Assembly: GCA_014324045.1 (NCBI GenBank)
Contig: JACOMY010000015.1
Span: 2,336-66,335, forward strand
Source of the DNA: Rhodospirillales bacterium
GTDB lineage: Bacteria; Pseudomonadota; Alphaproteobacteria; Kiloniellales; JACOMY01
Reading direction: 5' to 3'
DNA length: 64,000 bases
A model generated the notes under the pieces. That model saw only the letters and a program-made list of their open reading frames with translations, did not search any database and had not been told where the DNA came from. The position numbers and the translations under genes were made by a program. Within the stretch, counting starts at the first letter, position 1. Each line of letters opens with the position of its first letter. Shown here in pieces: positions 16,469 through 25,311 of this stretch.

Positions 16469-17022
16469 AAACGTTAGCAGTTTTTCTAGTGGCAGTATTG
16501 CCGCAACACGCGCTCGCACAAGGGGCGTATTTTCCTCCGAAGGAGGAAGAGGCCGTAAAGGAACAGCCACCGGAAAAGGAACAGCCACCGGAAGGCAAAG
16601 AGTCTTTGGTCGGCCCAATCGTGGAGTGTGACAACGAAGCTGTGAGCAGACGCGTGACGCAAAACTTTAGCCAATTCGCCCGGGCGCGATGCCCGGGCGG
16701 AGGGTGTTTTCTGCGCTCGGGGGACTGCAATAAGCGAACGACAAATTTGGCTTATGAAGCGCCAAGTGGATACGAAATAGAAAGTTACGAGTTTATTCAG
16801 GAAGGCAACAACCACGGAACAAGCGGAGACCTTCAGGCCGCCAGAACTGCCGGGCGTATAGTGCGGATTTGGATCAGGCTGGAATGCGATCCGCCAGATT
16901 ATCCTGGTGCGCCTGGAGGATGGAACGAGGGTCGGCTCGTGGGGACAATCCGATATGTCGATATCGATAAACTGAAGGCTGAATCAATTGCTGAGTGCCG
17001 TTCAGCAATCATTGGGCAATGA
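16465..17022 (+). CDS. Hypothetical secreted Cys-containing protein (low-GC gene)
   Basis: MKTLAVFLVAVLPQHALAQG is a signal peptide. The ATG at 16465 overlaps the upstream TGA (ATGA). Contains an EQPPEKEQPPEGKE repeat. Confidence 0.5.
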   Translation: MKTLAVFLVAVLPQHALAQGAYFPPKEEEAVKEQPPEKEQPPEGKESLVGPIVECDNEAVSRRVTQNFSQFARARCPGGGCFLRSGDCNKRTTNLAYEAPSGYEIESYEFIQEGNNHGTSGDLQAARTAGRIVRIWIRLECDPPDYPGAPGGWNEGRLVGTIRYVDIDKLKAESIAECRSAIIGQ

Positions 17023-17079
17023 CTGACGTAGGGAGGGAGATCCCGGTTCGGGGTGTTGCTGCACCCCGGCCCCTGGGAA

Positions 17080-17095
17080 GCGGACCATGGTCCGC
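17080..17095. repeat. Perfect palindrome GCGGACCATGGTCCGC (copy 4)
   Basis: Read directly. It is preceded by the hairpin cggggtgttgctgcaccccg. Confidence 0.9.
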
Positions 17096-17340
17096 CGGAG
17101 AGGGTTCTAGGGCGAGCAGTCGTCCAGCATAGAAACTGTATAAAGCATGTTGACTTTGTAAAATCGCTCTGAAGGCGATCTAGGGCGCGCCGCAGACGGC
17201 TTTCCAGATATCCATAAACCGCGTCCCCTCGGCCTTGCTTCGCTCGCTATCGGCGCGGCTCCAGCTGAGCAGCGCCGGCCGGAGTGACAGGCGCGGGTGG
17301 GGTGCAGAGCAGGGCGGCGACGAGGGGTTGAACGCAACGG

Positions 17341-17754
17341 CTAGTCATCAAATGTAAGTGCTGCATTTTTCATATCGTAAAATTGCCCCGTTAGAAACGC
17401 AAAAACACGGCCGACACATTTGTCGCCAAACGTCATGATCTCATCGGAGCAATTGATGGGCTCGACTAGGTGGGGGACCAAACGACCCTGGCGAGATCCG
17501 GACGAAACTGCTTCCTGCAGTAGTCCATTGATTTTGCTGGGATTGGGCGGCCATGGCCCTCGCAAGATCTCTGTCAACTCAGGCCATTGTTTTGTCAGGA
17601 AACCAAAAACGGACGGCAAAAAGTTCGGAGAATCTTCTTCCAGCCAGGTTCCGCTTAGAAAATCTCCCTCTTCTTTTACATTGCCGATTTCGTCAATAAG
17701 TGCGTCCAATAAATTGGTGTAAGATTCTGATTTAGGCCGATAGTCAATAGTCAT
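17341..17754 (-). CDS. Hypothetical protein (low-GC gene)
   Basis: The ORF track frame is trimmed to MTIDYRPK..., where GGAGAG lies 5 nt upstream. No family recognised. Confidence 0.45.
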   Translation of the reverse strand: MTIDYRPKSESYTNLLDALIDEIGNVKEEGDFLSGTWLEEDSPNFLPSVFGFLTKQWPELTEILRGPWPPNPSKINGLLQEAVSSGSRQGRLVPHLVEPINCSDEIMTFGDKCVGRVFAFLTGQFYDMKNAALTFDD

Positions 17755-17941
17755 TCCGACTCTCCCCGTCTCTTCAGCACATCGTCGGGTAGCCAATTTA
17801 GCACCTAATCATCCCTGAGTTTCCCATGCTCGTCAAGCCGCTTGCGACGGGCCTGGTGTCGGCCTCGGATCGCCTCAGGGCCGCGTCGGCGCGCTTTCTG
17901 GTCTGAATGTAGGCATTAGCCGCCTCGGCGTGCGCAGCGGC

Positions 17942-18778
17942 CTAGCCCAAACGTTCCGAATGCCAGGCAACATGCTCGCCGATGAAGCTGGCGACGAAGT
18001 AGTAGGAGTGATCGTAGCCGGGCTGCATCCGCAAGGTCAGGGACACGCCAGCCGCCTTGCAGGCCGCAGCGAAACGCTGCGGCTGCAGGTTGCCGCCGAG
18101 GAAAGGATCGGCGTCGCCTTGGTCGATCAGGATGTCGCCCCTCCAGCCCTTGGCCTCGACCAGGGCGCTGGCGTCGTGCGCCCGCCAGAGCTCCGGGTTA
18201 TCGCCGAGATAGCCGGCGAGCGCCTTGCGGCCCCATGGTACCTCGCTGGGATTGACGATCGGCGCGAAGGCCGAGAGGGAGCGATAGCGGCCGGGGTTGG
18301 CAAGCGCCAGGGTTAGCGCGCCGTGGCCGCCCATCGAATGGCCGGCGATGCCACGCGCACCGTCCTGCACGGCAAAGCGTCCCTCCACCAGGGCCGGCAG
18401 CTCGTCGCGAATGTAGCTCCACATGCGGTAGTTGGCCGACCAGGGCGCCTGGGTGGCATCCAGGTAGAAGCCGGCCCCCTGGCCGAAGTCGTCGCTGTCG
18501 GCATCCGGCACGCCCTCGCCGCGCGGCGAGGTGTCGGGCAGCACCAACATAAGGCCGGTCTCGGCCGCATAGCGCTGCGCGCCGGCTTTCACCGTCGCAT
18601 TTTCCCAGCTGCAGGTCAGACCCGAGAGATAGTAGAGGACCGGCACCGGCCCCTCTCGCGCCTGCGGCGGCCGGTAGACGGCAAACTCCATCCGGGTGCC
18701 GGTAGAGGTGCTTTGGTGGGCATAGACGCCCTGCACGCCGCCGAAACAGGCCTGCTCGGCCAAGATCTCCAAGGTCAT
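17942..18778 (-). CDS. frmB: S-formylglutathione hydrolase (esterase D family)
   Basis: MTLEILAEQACFGGVQGVYAHQS..., GHSMGGHGAL nucleophile elbow, DQGDADPF, GYDHSYYF. Start chosen at MTLEIL (278 aa). Confidence 0.9.
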   Translation of the reverse strand: MTLEILAEQACFGGVQGVYAHQSTSTGTRMEFAVYRPPQAREGPVPVLYYLSGLTCSWENATVKAGAQRYAAETGLMLVLPDTSPRGEGVPDADSDDFGQGAGFYLDATQAPWSANYRMWSYIRDELPALVEGRFAVQDGARGIAGHSMGGHGALTLALANPGRYRSLSAFAPIVNPSEVPWGRKALAGYLGDNPELWRAHDASALVEAKGWRGDILIDQGDADPFLGGNLQPQRFAAACKAAGVSLTLRMQPGYDHSYYFVASFIGEHVAWHSERLG

Positions 18779-18952
18779 GCTCGCTCCTGCACAAATAAGC
18801 CCCTCCGGTCCCGGCAAGGCCCGAACCAGGCGATGGCGGAAAGAATAAGGGGGCCGTCCGGAGACATTCCCCAATCGGCGCCCCCGGCCGGCGCCCCCCA
18901 GCCCAACAGACGTACGGCCCAGCAGGCGTAACCGGGACTAGTAGACCCGGGA

Positions 18953-20062
18953 CTAGTAAACGACGACGCCGCGGATCGATTCGCCGCTGTGCATCAGCTC
19001 GAAGCCCCTGTTGATGTCTTCCAGCCCCATGACGTGGGTGATCATGGAGTCGATCTCGATCTTGCCGTTCATATACCAATCCACGATCTTCGGCACGTCG
19101 GTGCGGCCGCGGGCGCCACCGAAAGCGGTGCCGCGCCAGGACCGGCCGGTCACCAGCTGGAAGGGACGGGTGGAGATTTCCTGGCCGGCGCCGGCGACGC
19201 CGATGATGATGCTCTCGCCCCAGCCCTTGTGGGCACACTCCAACGCAGTTCGCATGACATCGACGTTACCGATGCACTCGAAGGTGTAGTCGGCACCACC
19301 GCCGGTCAGCCCGACCAAGTGCGCCACCAGGTCGCCCTCGACCTTGCCGGGGTTGACGAAGTGGGTCATGCCGTAGCGCTCGCCCCAGGGCTTCTTGGCC
19401 TGGTTCAGATCGACGCCGACGATCTGGGTGGCGCCGGCCAGGCGCAGACCCTGAATTACGTTCAGGCCGATGCCGCCCAAGCCGAAGACAATGCCGCTGC
19501 TGCCGGGCTCGACCTTGGCGGTGTTGATCACCGCGCCGATGCCGGTGGTCACGCCGCAACCGACGTAGCAGACCTTGTCGAACGGCGCCGCGGGATCGAT
19601 CTTCGCCAGGGCGATTTCCGGCAGGACGGTGAAATTGGCGAAGGTCGAACAGCCCATGTAGTGATGCAGGGTCCCGCCCTTGTAGGAGAAGCGCGAGGTT
19701 CCGTCCGGCATCAGCCCCTGCCCCTGGGTGCTGCGGATCGCCTGGCAGAGGTTGGTCTTGGGATTGGTGCAGTATTCGCACTGACGGCATTCCGGCGTGT
19801 AGAGCGGAATGACGTGATCGTCCGGCTGCAGGCTGGCGACGCCCGGGCCCGCCTCGCGCACGATGCCCGCGCCCTCGTGGCCCAGAATCGCCGGGAAGAG
19901 GCCCTCGGGATCGGCGCCGGAGCGGGTGAATTCGTCGGTGTGGCAGAGGCCGGTCGCCATGATCTCCACCAGGACCTCGCCCTCCCTGGGGCCGTCGAGG
20001 TCCACTTCGGTCACTTCGAGAGGCTTGCCGGCCTCGAATGCCACGGCGGCACGGGTTTTCAT
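18953..20062 (-). CDS. frmA: S-(hydroxymethyl)glutathione dehydrogenase / class III alcohol dehydrogenase
   Basis: MKTRAAVAFEAGKPLEVTEVDLDGP...GLCHTDEFT...GHEGAGIV...CRQCEYC...GLGGIGLNVIQG. Start chosen at MKTRAAV (369 aa). Confidence 0.9.
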   Translation of the reverse strand: MKTRAAVAFEAGKPLEVTEVDLDGPREGEVLVEIMATGLCHTDEFTRSGADPEGLFPAILGHEGAGIVREAGPGVASLQPDDHVIPLYTPECRQCEYCTNPKTNLCQAIRSTQGQGLMPDGTSRFSYKGGTLHHYMGCSTFANFTVLPEIALAKIDPAAPFDKVCYVGCGVTTGIGAVINTAKVEPGSSGIVFGLGGIGLNVIQGLRLAGATQIVGVDLNQAKKPWGERYGMTHFVNPGKVEGDLVAHLVGLTGGGADYTFECIGNVDVMRTALECAHKGWGESIIIGVAGAGQEISTRPFQLVTGRSWRGTAFGGARGRTDVPKIVDWYMNGKIEIDSMITHVMGLEDINRGFELMHSGESIRGVVVY

Positions 20063-20151
20063 CGTCAAGATTCTCCGAGCATTGCAACGATCCTCCCCGC
20101 AAGCCCTGCTCGCGGAGAGCGGTGCCGGCAGGCGCCAACCCCGAAGACCTT

Positions 20152-20202
20152 TATAGCGAAGAGCCCGGGTATAGCGAAGAGCCCCTGTTATAGCCAAGAG
20201 CC
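20152..20202. promoter_or_regulatory. Three tandem direct repeats TATAGC(G/C)AAGAGCC, spaced 18-19 bp, upstream of frmA
   Basis: Copies at 20152-20166, 20170-20184 and 20189-20202. They lie 90-140 bp upstream of the frmA start, between the AraC-type gene and frmA. Confidence 0.4.
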
Positions 20203-20279
20203 TGGGCGATGCAAAAGCACGGCCTCCGGATAGGGCCGCGCCGCGCCATCGGCGCACCGCCCTGTTATAAGTCTTCCTG

Positions 20280-21296
20280 TTACTGGCCGGGCTGGCCGGC
20301 CTCCAGGCCCAGGGGCTCCGGCCGGATGCCCATGCGGGTGCGCTGCGGCGACTGCTTGAAGCGTTCGCGGTAGCGCTTGGCGAAGTGCGAGGCCGAGAGG
20401 AAGCCGCAAGCCAGGCCGACCGCGGTCACCGAGAGGCTGGAATGGGTCAGGAGCCAATGCGCGCGGCACAGCCGCAGCTCGAGGTAATGCGCCCTGGGTG
20501 TGCGGCCCAGGTAGCGCTGGCAGAGCCGTTCCAGCTGGCGGACCGAGAGTTCCGAGCGGCTGGCCAGTTCCGCCGTCGACAAGGGCTCTTCGAGATTGGC
20601 CTCCATGAAGCGCACCGCCTCCAGGAGCTTCGGATGGCCGACGCCGACCCGCCGGCGCAGATCCATGCGCTGTTCCGCGTCCAGGCCGCGAATGCGCTCA
20701 TGCAGAAACTGCTCGGCCACTTCCAGGGCCAGGCCGTGGCCGTGGTCGCATTCGATCAGATGCAGCATCATGTCGAGCGAGGCGGTGCCGCCGGCACAGG
20801 TGAAGCGCGAACGATCCAGGCAATAGAGCGCGCTGTGCACGTCCAGCTGCGGGTGCATCTCCTCCAGGCTGGCCCGACAGCGCCAATGGATCGTGCAGGC
20901 GTAGCCCTCCAGCAAACCGGCGGCCGCCAGAACATGGGTCCCGTCCGAGATGGCCCCGATCCTGGCACCCTGTCTGGCATGGCGGCGGAGCCAGGCAATC
21001 GCCCCCTTGTCGTCGAAGCGATGGGCGTCGAGGCCGCCACAGACCACGACACTGTCGAAGTGCGTCCGATCCTCGATGCCGCCTTGGGCCTGCAGCGCGA
21101 TGCCGGTGGAACTGACGGCGCCGCCGCCGGCGGCGATCGCCCGCCAGTCGTAGAGCCGGCGCCCGGAAAGGCTGTTGGCGACCCGAAGCGGTTCCACGGC
21201 GGCGGTGAAGGCCAGCATGGCGAAGCGCGGCAAGAGCAGGAAGCCGAAGCGCTTTACCTCCTCGACCTCCTGGCGCTGCCGTGCTGCCTCCGTCAT
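20280..21296 (-). CDS. GlxA-family transcriptional regulator (DJ-1/PfpI-like domain + AraC HTH)
   Basis: FGFLLLPRFAMLAFTAAVEPLRVAN...VCGG...GTHVLAAAGLL, then AraC-type ...SVRQLERLCQRYLGRTP...GFLSASHFAKRYRERF. Start MTEAARQ at 21296. Confidence 0.85.
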   Translation of the reverse strand: MTEAARQRQEVEEVKRFGFLLLPRFAMLAFTAAVEPLRVANSLSGRRLYDWRAIAAGGGAVSSTGIALQAQGGIEDRTHFDSVVVCGGLDAHRFDDKGAIAWLRRHARQGARIGAISDGTHVLAAAGLLEGYACTIHWRCRASLEEMHPQLDVHSALYCLDRSRFTCAGGTASLDMMLHLIECDHGHGLALEVAEQFLHERIRGLDAEQRMDLRRRVGVGHPKLLEAVRFMEANLEEPLSTAELASRSELSVRQLERLCQRYLGRTPRAHYLELRLCRAHWLLTHSSLSVTAVGLACGFLSASHFAKRYRERFKQSPQRTRMGIRPEPLGLEAGQPGQ

Positions 21297-22261
21297 CGGC
21301 CTCTGTCCCGGCAGTCTGTAGCGGCCGCCAAGGCATGCCGGGCCGCCGCTCCATCGGCCTGCATCTGCGCCATCAGGGCGGGCAGGCCGTCGAAGCTCCG
21401 CTCCGGGCGCAAGCGCTCGACCAGCTGTACCCTGAGCCTGCGGCCGTAGAGATCGCCGGAAAAATCGAAGAGATGCGCTTCCAACAAGGGACGATCGTAC
21501 GCGAACATGGGACTGATGCCCAAATTGGCGACACCCGCATGCCAAGGGGGCCGGCCCGGATCGTCCAATGTCGCCCGCACGGCATAGACGCCGTAGGCCG
21601 GACGCAAGGCCGTGCCCAGATCGATGTTGGCCGTCGGCATACCGAGCGCGCGGCCGCGCCTGGCGCCGTGCAGCACCCGCCCCCGGATCTCCCAGGGCCG
21701 TCCCAGGATGCAGCAGGCGCCCGCCATGTCGCCCTCGCGCAGCCGCCGGCGCAAGGCGGTAGAGGAGTAGGCGCCGCCGGCCCCGCCGGTCCGCTCGATC
21801 ACCGTCGTCCCGAACCCCAGTGCCGCGCCCGAACGCTGCAGCAAGACCGGGTCGCCGCCGCGCCCGGCGCCGAAATAGAAGTTATCGCCGACCACGACAT
21901 GACCGACCCCCAGTCCCTCGACCAGAATGCGCTCGACGAAGGCTTCGGCCGGGAGGCTGTAGAGCGCCTTGCGGAAAGCCAGAACATAGAGCAGATCCAC
22001 GCCCAAGTCTTGCAGCATCCGGACCTTGGCGCGGAAAGGCGTCAGCCGGAAGGGCGGCAGCTGCGGCTCGAAGACCTGCCTGGGATGCGGCTCAAAGGTC
22101 AGGACGCCGCTGGCCCGGCCCCGGGCCGCAGCCTCCCTGCGGGCAGCGGCAATCGCGGCCCGATGGCCGCGATGCACGCCGTCGAAGTTGCCGATCGCCA
22201 GGACGGCGCCGCGCGCCTCCGGGGGCAGAGAGCGGGCGTGGCGATAGAGACGCATGCGCAT
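21293..22261 (-). CDS. ribF: Bifunctional riboflavin kinase / FMN adenylyltransferase
   Basis: AIGNFDGVHRGH, VLTFEPHP, VVGDNFYFG, GRPWEIRGRVLHGARRGRALGMPTAN. The start is uncertain (22261, 22255 or 22372). The stop overlaps the regulator start (ATGA). Confidence 0.85.
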   Translation of the reverse strand: MRMRLYRHARSLPPEARGAVLAIGNFDGVHRGHRAAIAAARREAAARGRASGVLTFEPHPRQVFEPQLPPFRLTPFRAKVRMLQDLGVDLLYVLAFRKALYSLPAEAFVERILVEGLGVGHVVVGDNFYFGAGRGGDPVLLQRSGAALGFGTTVIERTGGAGGAYSSTALRRRLREGDMAGACCILGRPWEIRGRVLHGARRGRALGMPTANIDLGTALRPAYGVYAVRATLDDPGRPPWHAGVANLGISPMFAYDRPLLEAHLFDFSGDLYGRRLRVQLVERLRPERSFDGLPALMAQMQADGAAARHALAAATDCRDRGR

Positions 22262-22470
22262 CAGGATGGCCAAAGCCAAGTGGCGCGTCCAGGCCTCCTG
22301 CAAGCGGCGGCGGTCTTTAGCGGCATGCAGCCCAACTGTCTTTCTTTTCGGCTTTTCGGCAGGGCCTGCCATAACCGATTTCAGGCCGTTTTCATAGCAG
22401 ATAGGACTCGCTATACGACAGCGGCTGCTATAGGCTCAAGCGCGGTTGGACGGCTTGAGGAGGGGCCCCG

Positions 22471-24852
22471 ATGGATGACAGCGGCAGCGACGGATCGGAG
22501 TTTCTAGCCAGCCTCGCGCGACCGCTTTCTTCCCTGCTGCCGCAGCCGGGGCTCAGGCGGCGCCTTCCCGGCCGGGAGCTCTATCGCGTGCCCGCCGGCG
22601 GCAGCCTGGTTCTGGCGCTGGCGGCCGGCGACCGCCTGACCCTGCAGGATCCCGAGGGCGCGCAGCCCGGCACGCTGACCGCCTTCAGCCTGGACGGCCG
22701 GCCGGCGCAAGCAGAGCTCGGCGCCAGGGACGACGGTCCGGCCAGCGCCCTGCAGGCGGCTCTGACCGACGGCAGCACGGCAGCGGCAAGCAGCCTCGGC
22801 AGGCTCGAACGCCGCGGCATCGAGGTCTCGGCAGCCCGCGCGCAAACTGTCTTCGGCAGGGACGGGGCGCCGGGAGCGGAAGCGCAGTTCACCGCGTCCG
22901 AAGCCTTGATCGTCGTGCTTGCGGCCCCCGGCCAGGACATGACGCCGGAGACGCAGCGGCCGCCGACCGACCTGGAGGCCTGCGTCGAACGGGCCAATCC
23001 GGTCGCCGTCAACGATCTGCCGCTCCCCGACCCCTTGGCCGATCCGCGCCTGGACCTGCGCGTCGAGGCGCGCACCGCGGCCGCCTACGAGGTCAGGGCC
23101 GGCGACTATATCCAGGTGATCGACGTGGCAGGGCGAGAGTGTTCCGACTTCGGCTGCTTCGCCAGCGCCGCCCTGGAGCGCGGCAAGGAGTTCATGCCGG
23201 ACATGATCGCCACCCGCTCGATCATGGGGCTGCAATACCCCCTGCCCGGCCTCTTCGATAAGTACTACGACTTCAACGCCCAGGCTATGCTGGAGGTAAT
23301 CCAGGACAGGGTCGGGCGCCACGATACTTTCGGCGCGGCCTGCACCGACAGGTACTACGACGACGTCGGCTATCCCGGCCATGCGAACTGCTCGGCCAAC
23401 TTCAACAGGGCCTTGGCTCCCTACGGCGTGGCGGCACGGCGCGCCTGGGCGACGATCAACTTCTTCTACAACACCGCGATCGACGACTCGCATCTCTATA
23501 CTCTGGACGAGCCCTGGAGCCGGCCGGGCGACTTTGTGCTGCTGCGCGCAACCCAGGACCTGGTCTGCTGCTCCTCTGCCTGTCCGGACGACATCTCCCC
23601 CGCCAACGGCTGGACCCCGACCGACATCCATATCCGTGTCTACGGACCCGAACAGCTCCATAAGAAATCGATGGCCTATCGCATGACTCCCGACGCAGCC
23701 CCGCGTGAGACGCGGGAGACCGGATTCCACCCCCGCACCTCGCAGCTGACCCGCCAGTTCGGCGAGTACCGGGGTTTCTGGCTGCCCAACCGCTTCCACA
23801 ACGAGGGCCCGCAAGCCGAGTATTGGGCCTGCCGCGAGGACGCCGTTGTCCTGGACCTTTCGGCCTTACGGAAGTTCGAGGTGCTGGGCCCCGACGCCGA
23901 GACCTTGATGCAGACCGCGCTGACCCGCAACGTGCGGAAGCTCTCGGAAGGCCAGGTGGTCTATTCCGCCATGTGCTACGAGAACGGCGGCATGGTCGAC
24001 GACGGCACCCTGTTCCGCATGGGGCCCGACGCCTTCCGCTGGATCTGCGGCGACGACTACTGCGGCCCCTGGCTGCGTAAGCTGGCCCGGGAACTGGATC
24101 TCAAGGTCTGGGTCAAGTCGGCCACCGACCAACTGCACAACCTTTCGGTCCAAGGCCCGAAGAGCCGGGATATTCTGGCCGGGGCAATCTGGACTCCGGA
24201 CACCCGCCCCTCCCTCACCGAGATCGGCTGGTTCCGCTTCACCGTCGGCCGCATCGGCGACCACAACGGCCCGCCGGTAGTGGTCAGCCGCACCGGCTAC
24301 ACCGGCGAGCTGGGCTATGAGATCTGGTGCCACCCGCGCGATGCGGTGGCCGTCTGGGACGCAGTTACGGAGGCCGGCGGGCCGCAGGGAATCAAGCCGC
24401 TGGGGCTAACTGCGCTGGACATCCTGCGCATCGAATCCGGCCTCATCTTCTACGGCTACGAGTTCGACGAGCAGACCGATCCCTTCGAGGCCGGCATCGG
24501 CTTCACCGTGCCGCTGACCTCCAAGCAGGAGGATTTCCTCGGCCGCGAGGCTCTGATCCGCCGCAAGGAACATCCACAGCGCCAGCTGGTGGGGCTGGAG
24601 ATCGCCGGCAACGAAGCGGTCGGCCACGGCGACTGCATCCACAGCGGCCGCCCGCAGATCGGCGCCGTCACCAGCGCCACCCGCTCGCCGATCCTGCGCA
24701 AGAACATCGCCCTCGCCCGTCTCGACGCCGCCTATGTCGCGCCCGGCACCGAGGTCGAGATCGGCAAGCTCGACGGCCATCAGAAGCGCATCCCGGCCAA
24801 GGTCGTGCCCTTCCCCTTCTACGACCCCAGGAAAGAAAGGCCGCGTTCTTAA
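22471..24852 (+). CDS. Fusion protein: DUF1989-like domain(s) + GcvT-type aminomethyltransferase domain
   Basis: The middle (AAYEVRAGDYIQVIDVAGRECSDFGCF...NCSANFN...) is DUF1989-like. The C-terminal ~350 aa (FEVLGPDA...GYTGELGYEIW...LDILRIESGL) is the GcvT fold. 793 aa. Confidence 0.75.
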   Translation: MDDSGSDGSEFLASLARPLSSLLPQPGLRRRLPGRELYRVPAGGSLVLALAAGDRLTLQDPEGAQPGTLTAFSLDGRPAQAELGARDDGPASALQAALTDGSTAAASSLGRLERRGIEVSAARAQTVFGRDGAPGAEAQFTASEALIVVLAAPGQDMTPETQRPPTDLEACVERANPVAVNDLPLPDPLADPRLDLRVEARTAAAYEVRAGDYIQVIDVAGRECSDFGCFASAALERGKEFMPDMIATRSIMGLQYPLPGLFDKYYDFNAQAMLEVIQDRVGRHDTFGAACTDRYYDDVGYPGHANCSANFNRALAPYGVAARRAWATINFFYNTAIDDSHLYTLDEPWSRPGDFVLLRATQDLVCCSSACPDDISPANGWTPTDIHIRVYGPEQLHKKSMAYRMTPDAAPRETRETGFHPRTSQLTRQFGEYRGFWLPNRFHNEGPQAEYWACREDAVVLDLSALRKFEVLGPDAETLMQTALTRNVRKLSEGQVVYSAMCYENGGMVDDGTLFRMGPDAFRWICGDDYCGPWLRKLARELDLKVWVKSATDQLHNLSVQGPKSRDILAGAIWTPDTRPSLTEIGWFRFTVGRIGDHNGPPVVVSRTGYTGELGYEIWCHPRDAVAVWDAVTEAGGPQGIKPLGLTALDILRIESGLIFYGYEFDEQTDPFEAGIGFTVPLTSKQEDFLGREALIRRKEHPQRQLVGLEIAGNEAVGHGDCIHSGRPQIGAVTSATRSPILRKNIALARLDAAYVAPGTEVEIGKLDGHQKRIPAKVVPFPFYDPRKERPRS

Positions 24853-25014
24853 GACCGCTTCGGCATCGGCGGCGTCGAACGCAGCCCTACGCAAGCGGCC
24901 AGGCGGGCCGAACGGGAGGCCGGCGGCAACCTCACCGGACGCTAGGACGGCACGATCATGCGGCCTCGGCAGCCGCGCGAGGGCATTGCACGACCCTTGC
25001 AAGCACCCTGTAAC

Positions 25015-25038
25015 CGCCCTGCACGAGGGCGCCTTTTT
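25015..25038 (+). terminator. Possible intrinsic terminator
   Basis: cgccct-gcacg-agggcg forms a 6-bp GC stem followed by ccTTTTT. It lies ~160 nt downstream of the 22471..24852 stop. The stem is weak. Confidence 0.3.
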
Positions 25039-25311
25039 CCGGCAAAACGAAGGCTGCGGAAGGTCCGGATTTTCCAAGCCTTCCGCACCCCCCGAAAAGT
25101 GACCTCCAAACCGCTTTTTCAGACGATTCCGCACCCCTGAAACCACTCGATTTCAAAGACCTCTGTCACTCCCCCCATGCCCTCTTCCCGGCCGGCGGCC
25201 GGTCCCGCGCGAGAGAAAAAGGCAAAGCGGGCTCGGAGCAGGGGCTTGAAGAAGGACGCTGCGCTACCGATGTGCAGACTCTAGGGTTCGCTAAAAGCGA
25301 AAGGCATATGC

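Noticed and set aside
12942-17095. Idea that the palindrome-containing elements are integron attC sites and the island is a cassette array (CALIN).
   Set aside because: No RYYYAAC / GTTRRRY core sites flank the elements. No intI gene is in the window. The elements sit upstream of some ORFs as part of a leader, rather than strictly at cassette 3' ends.
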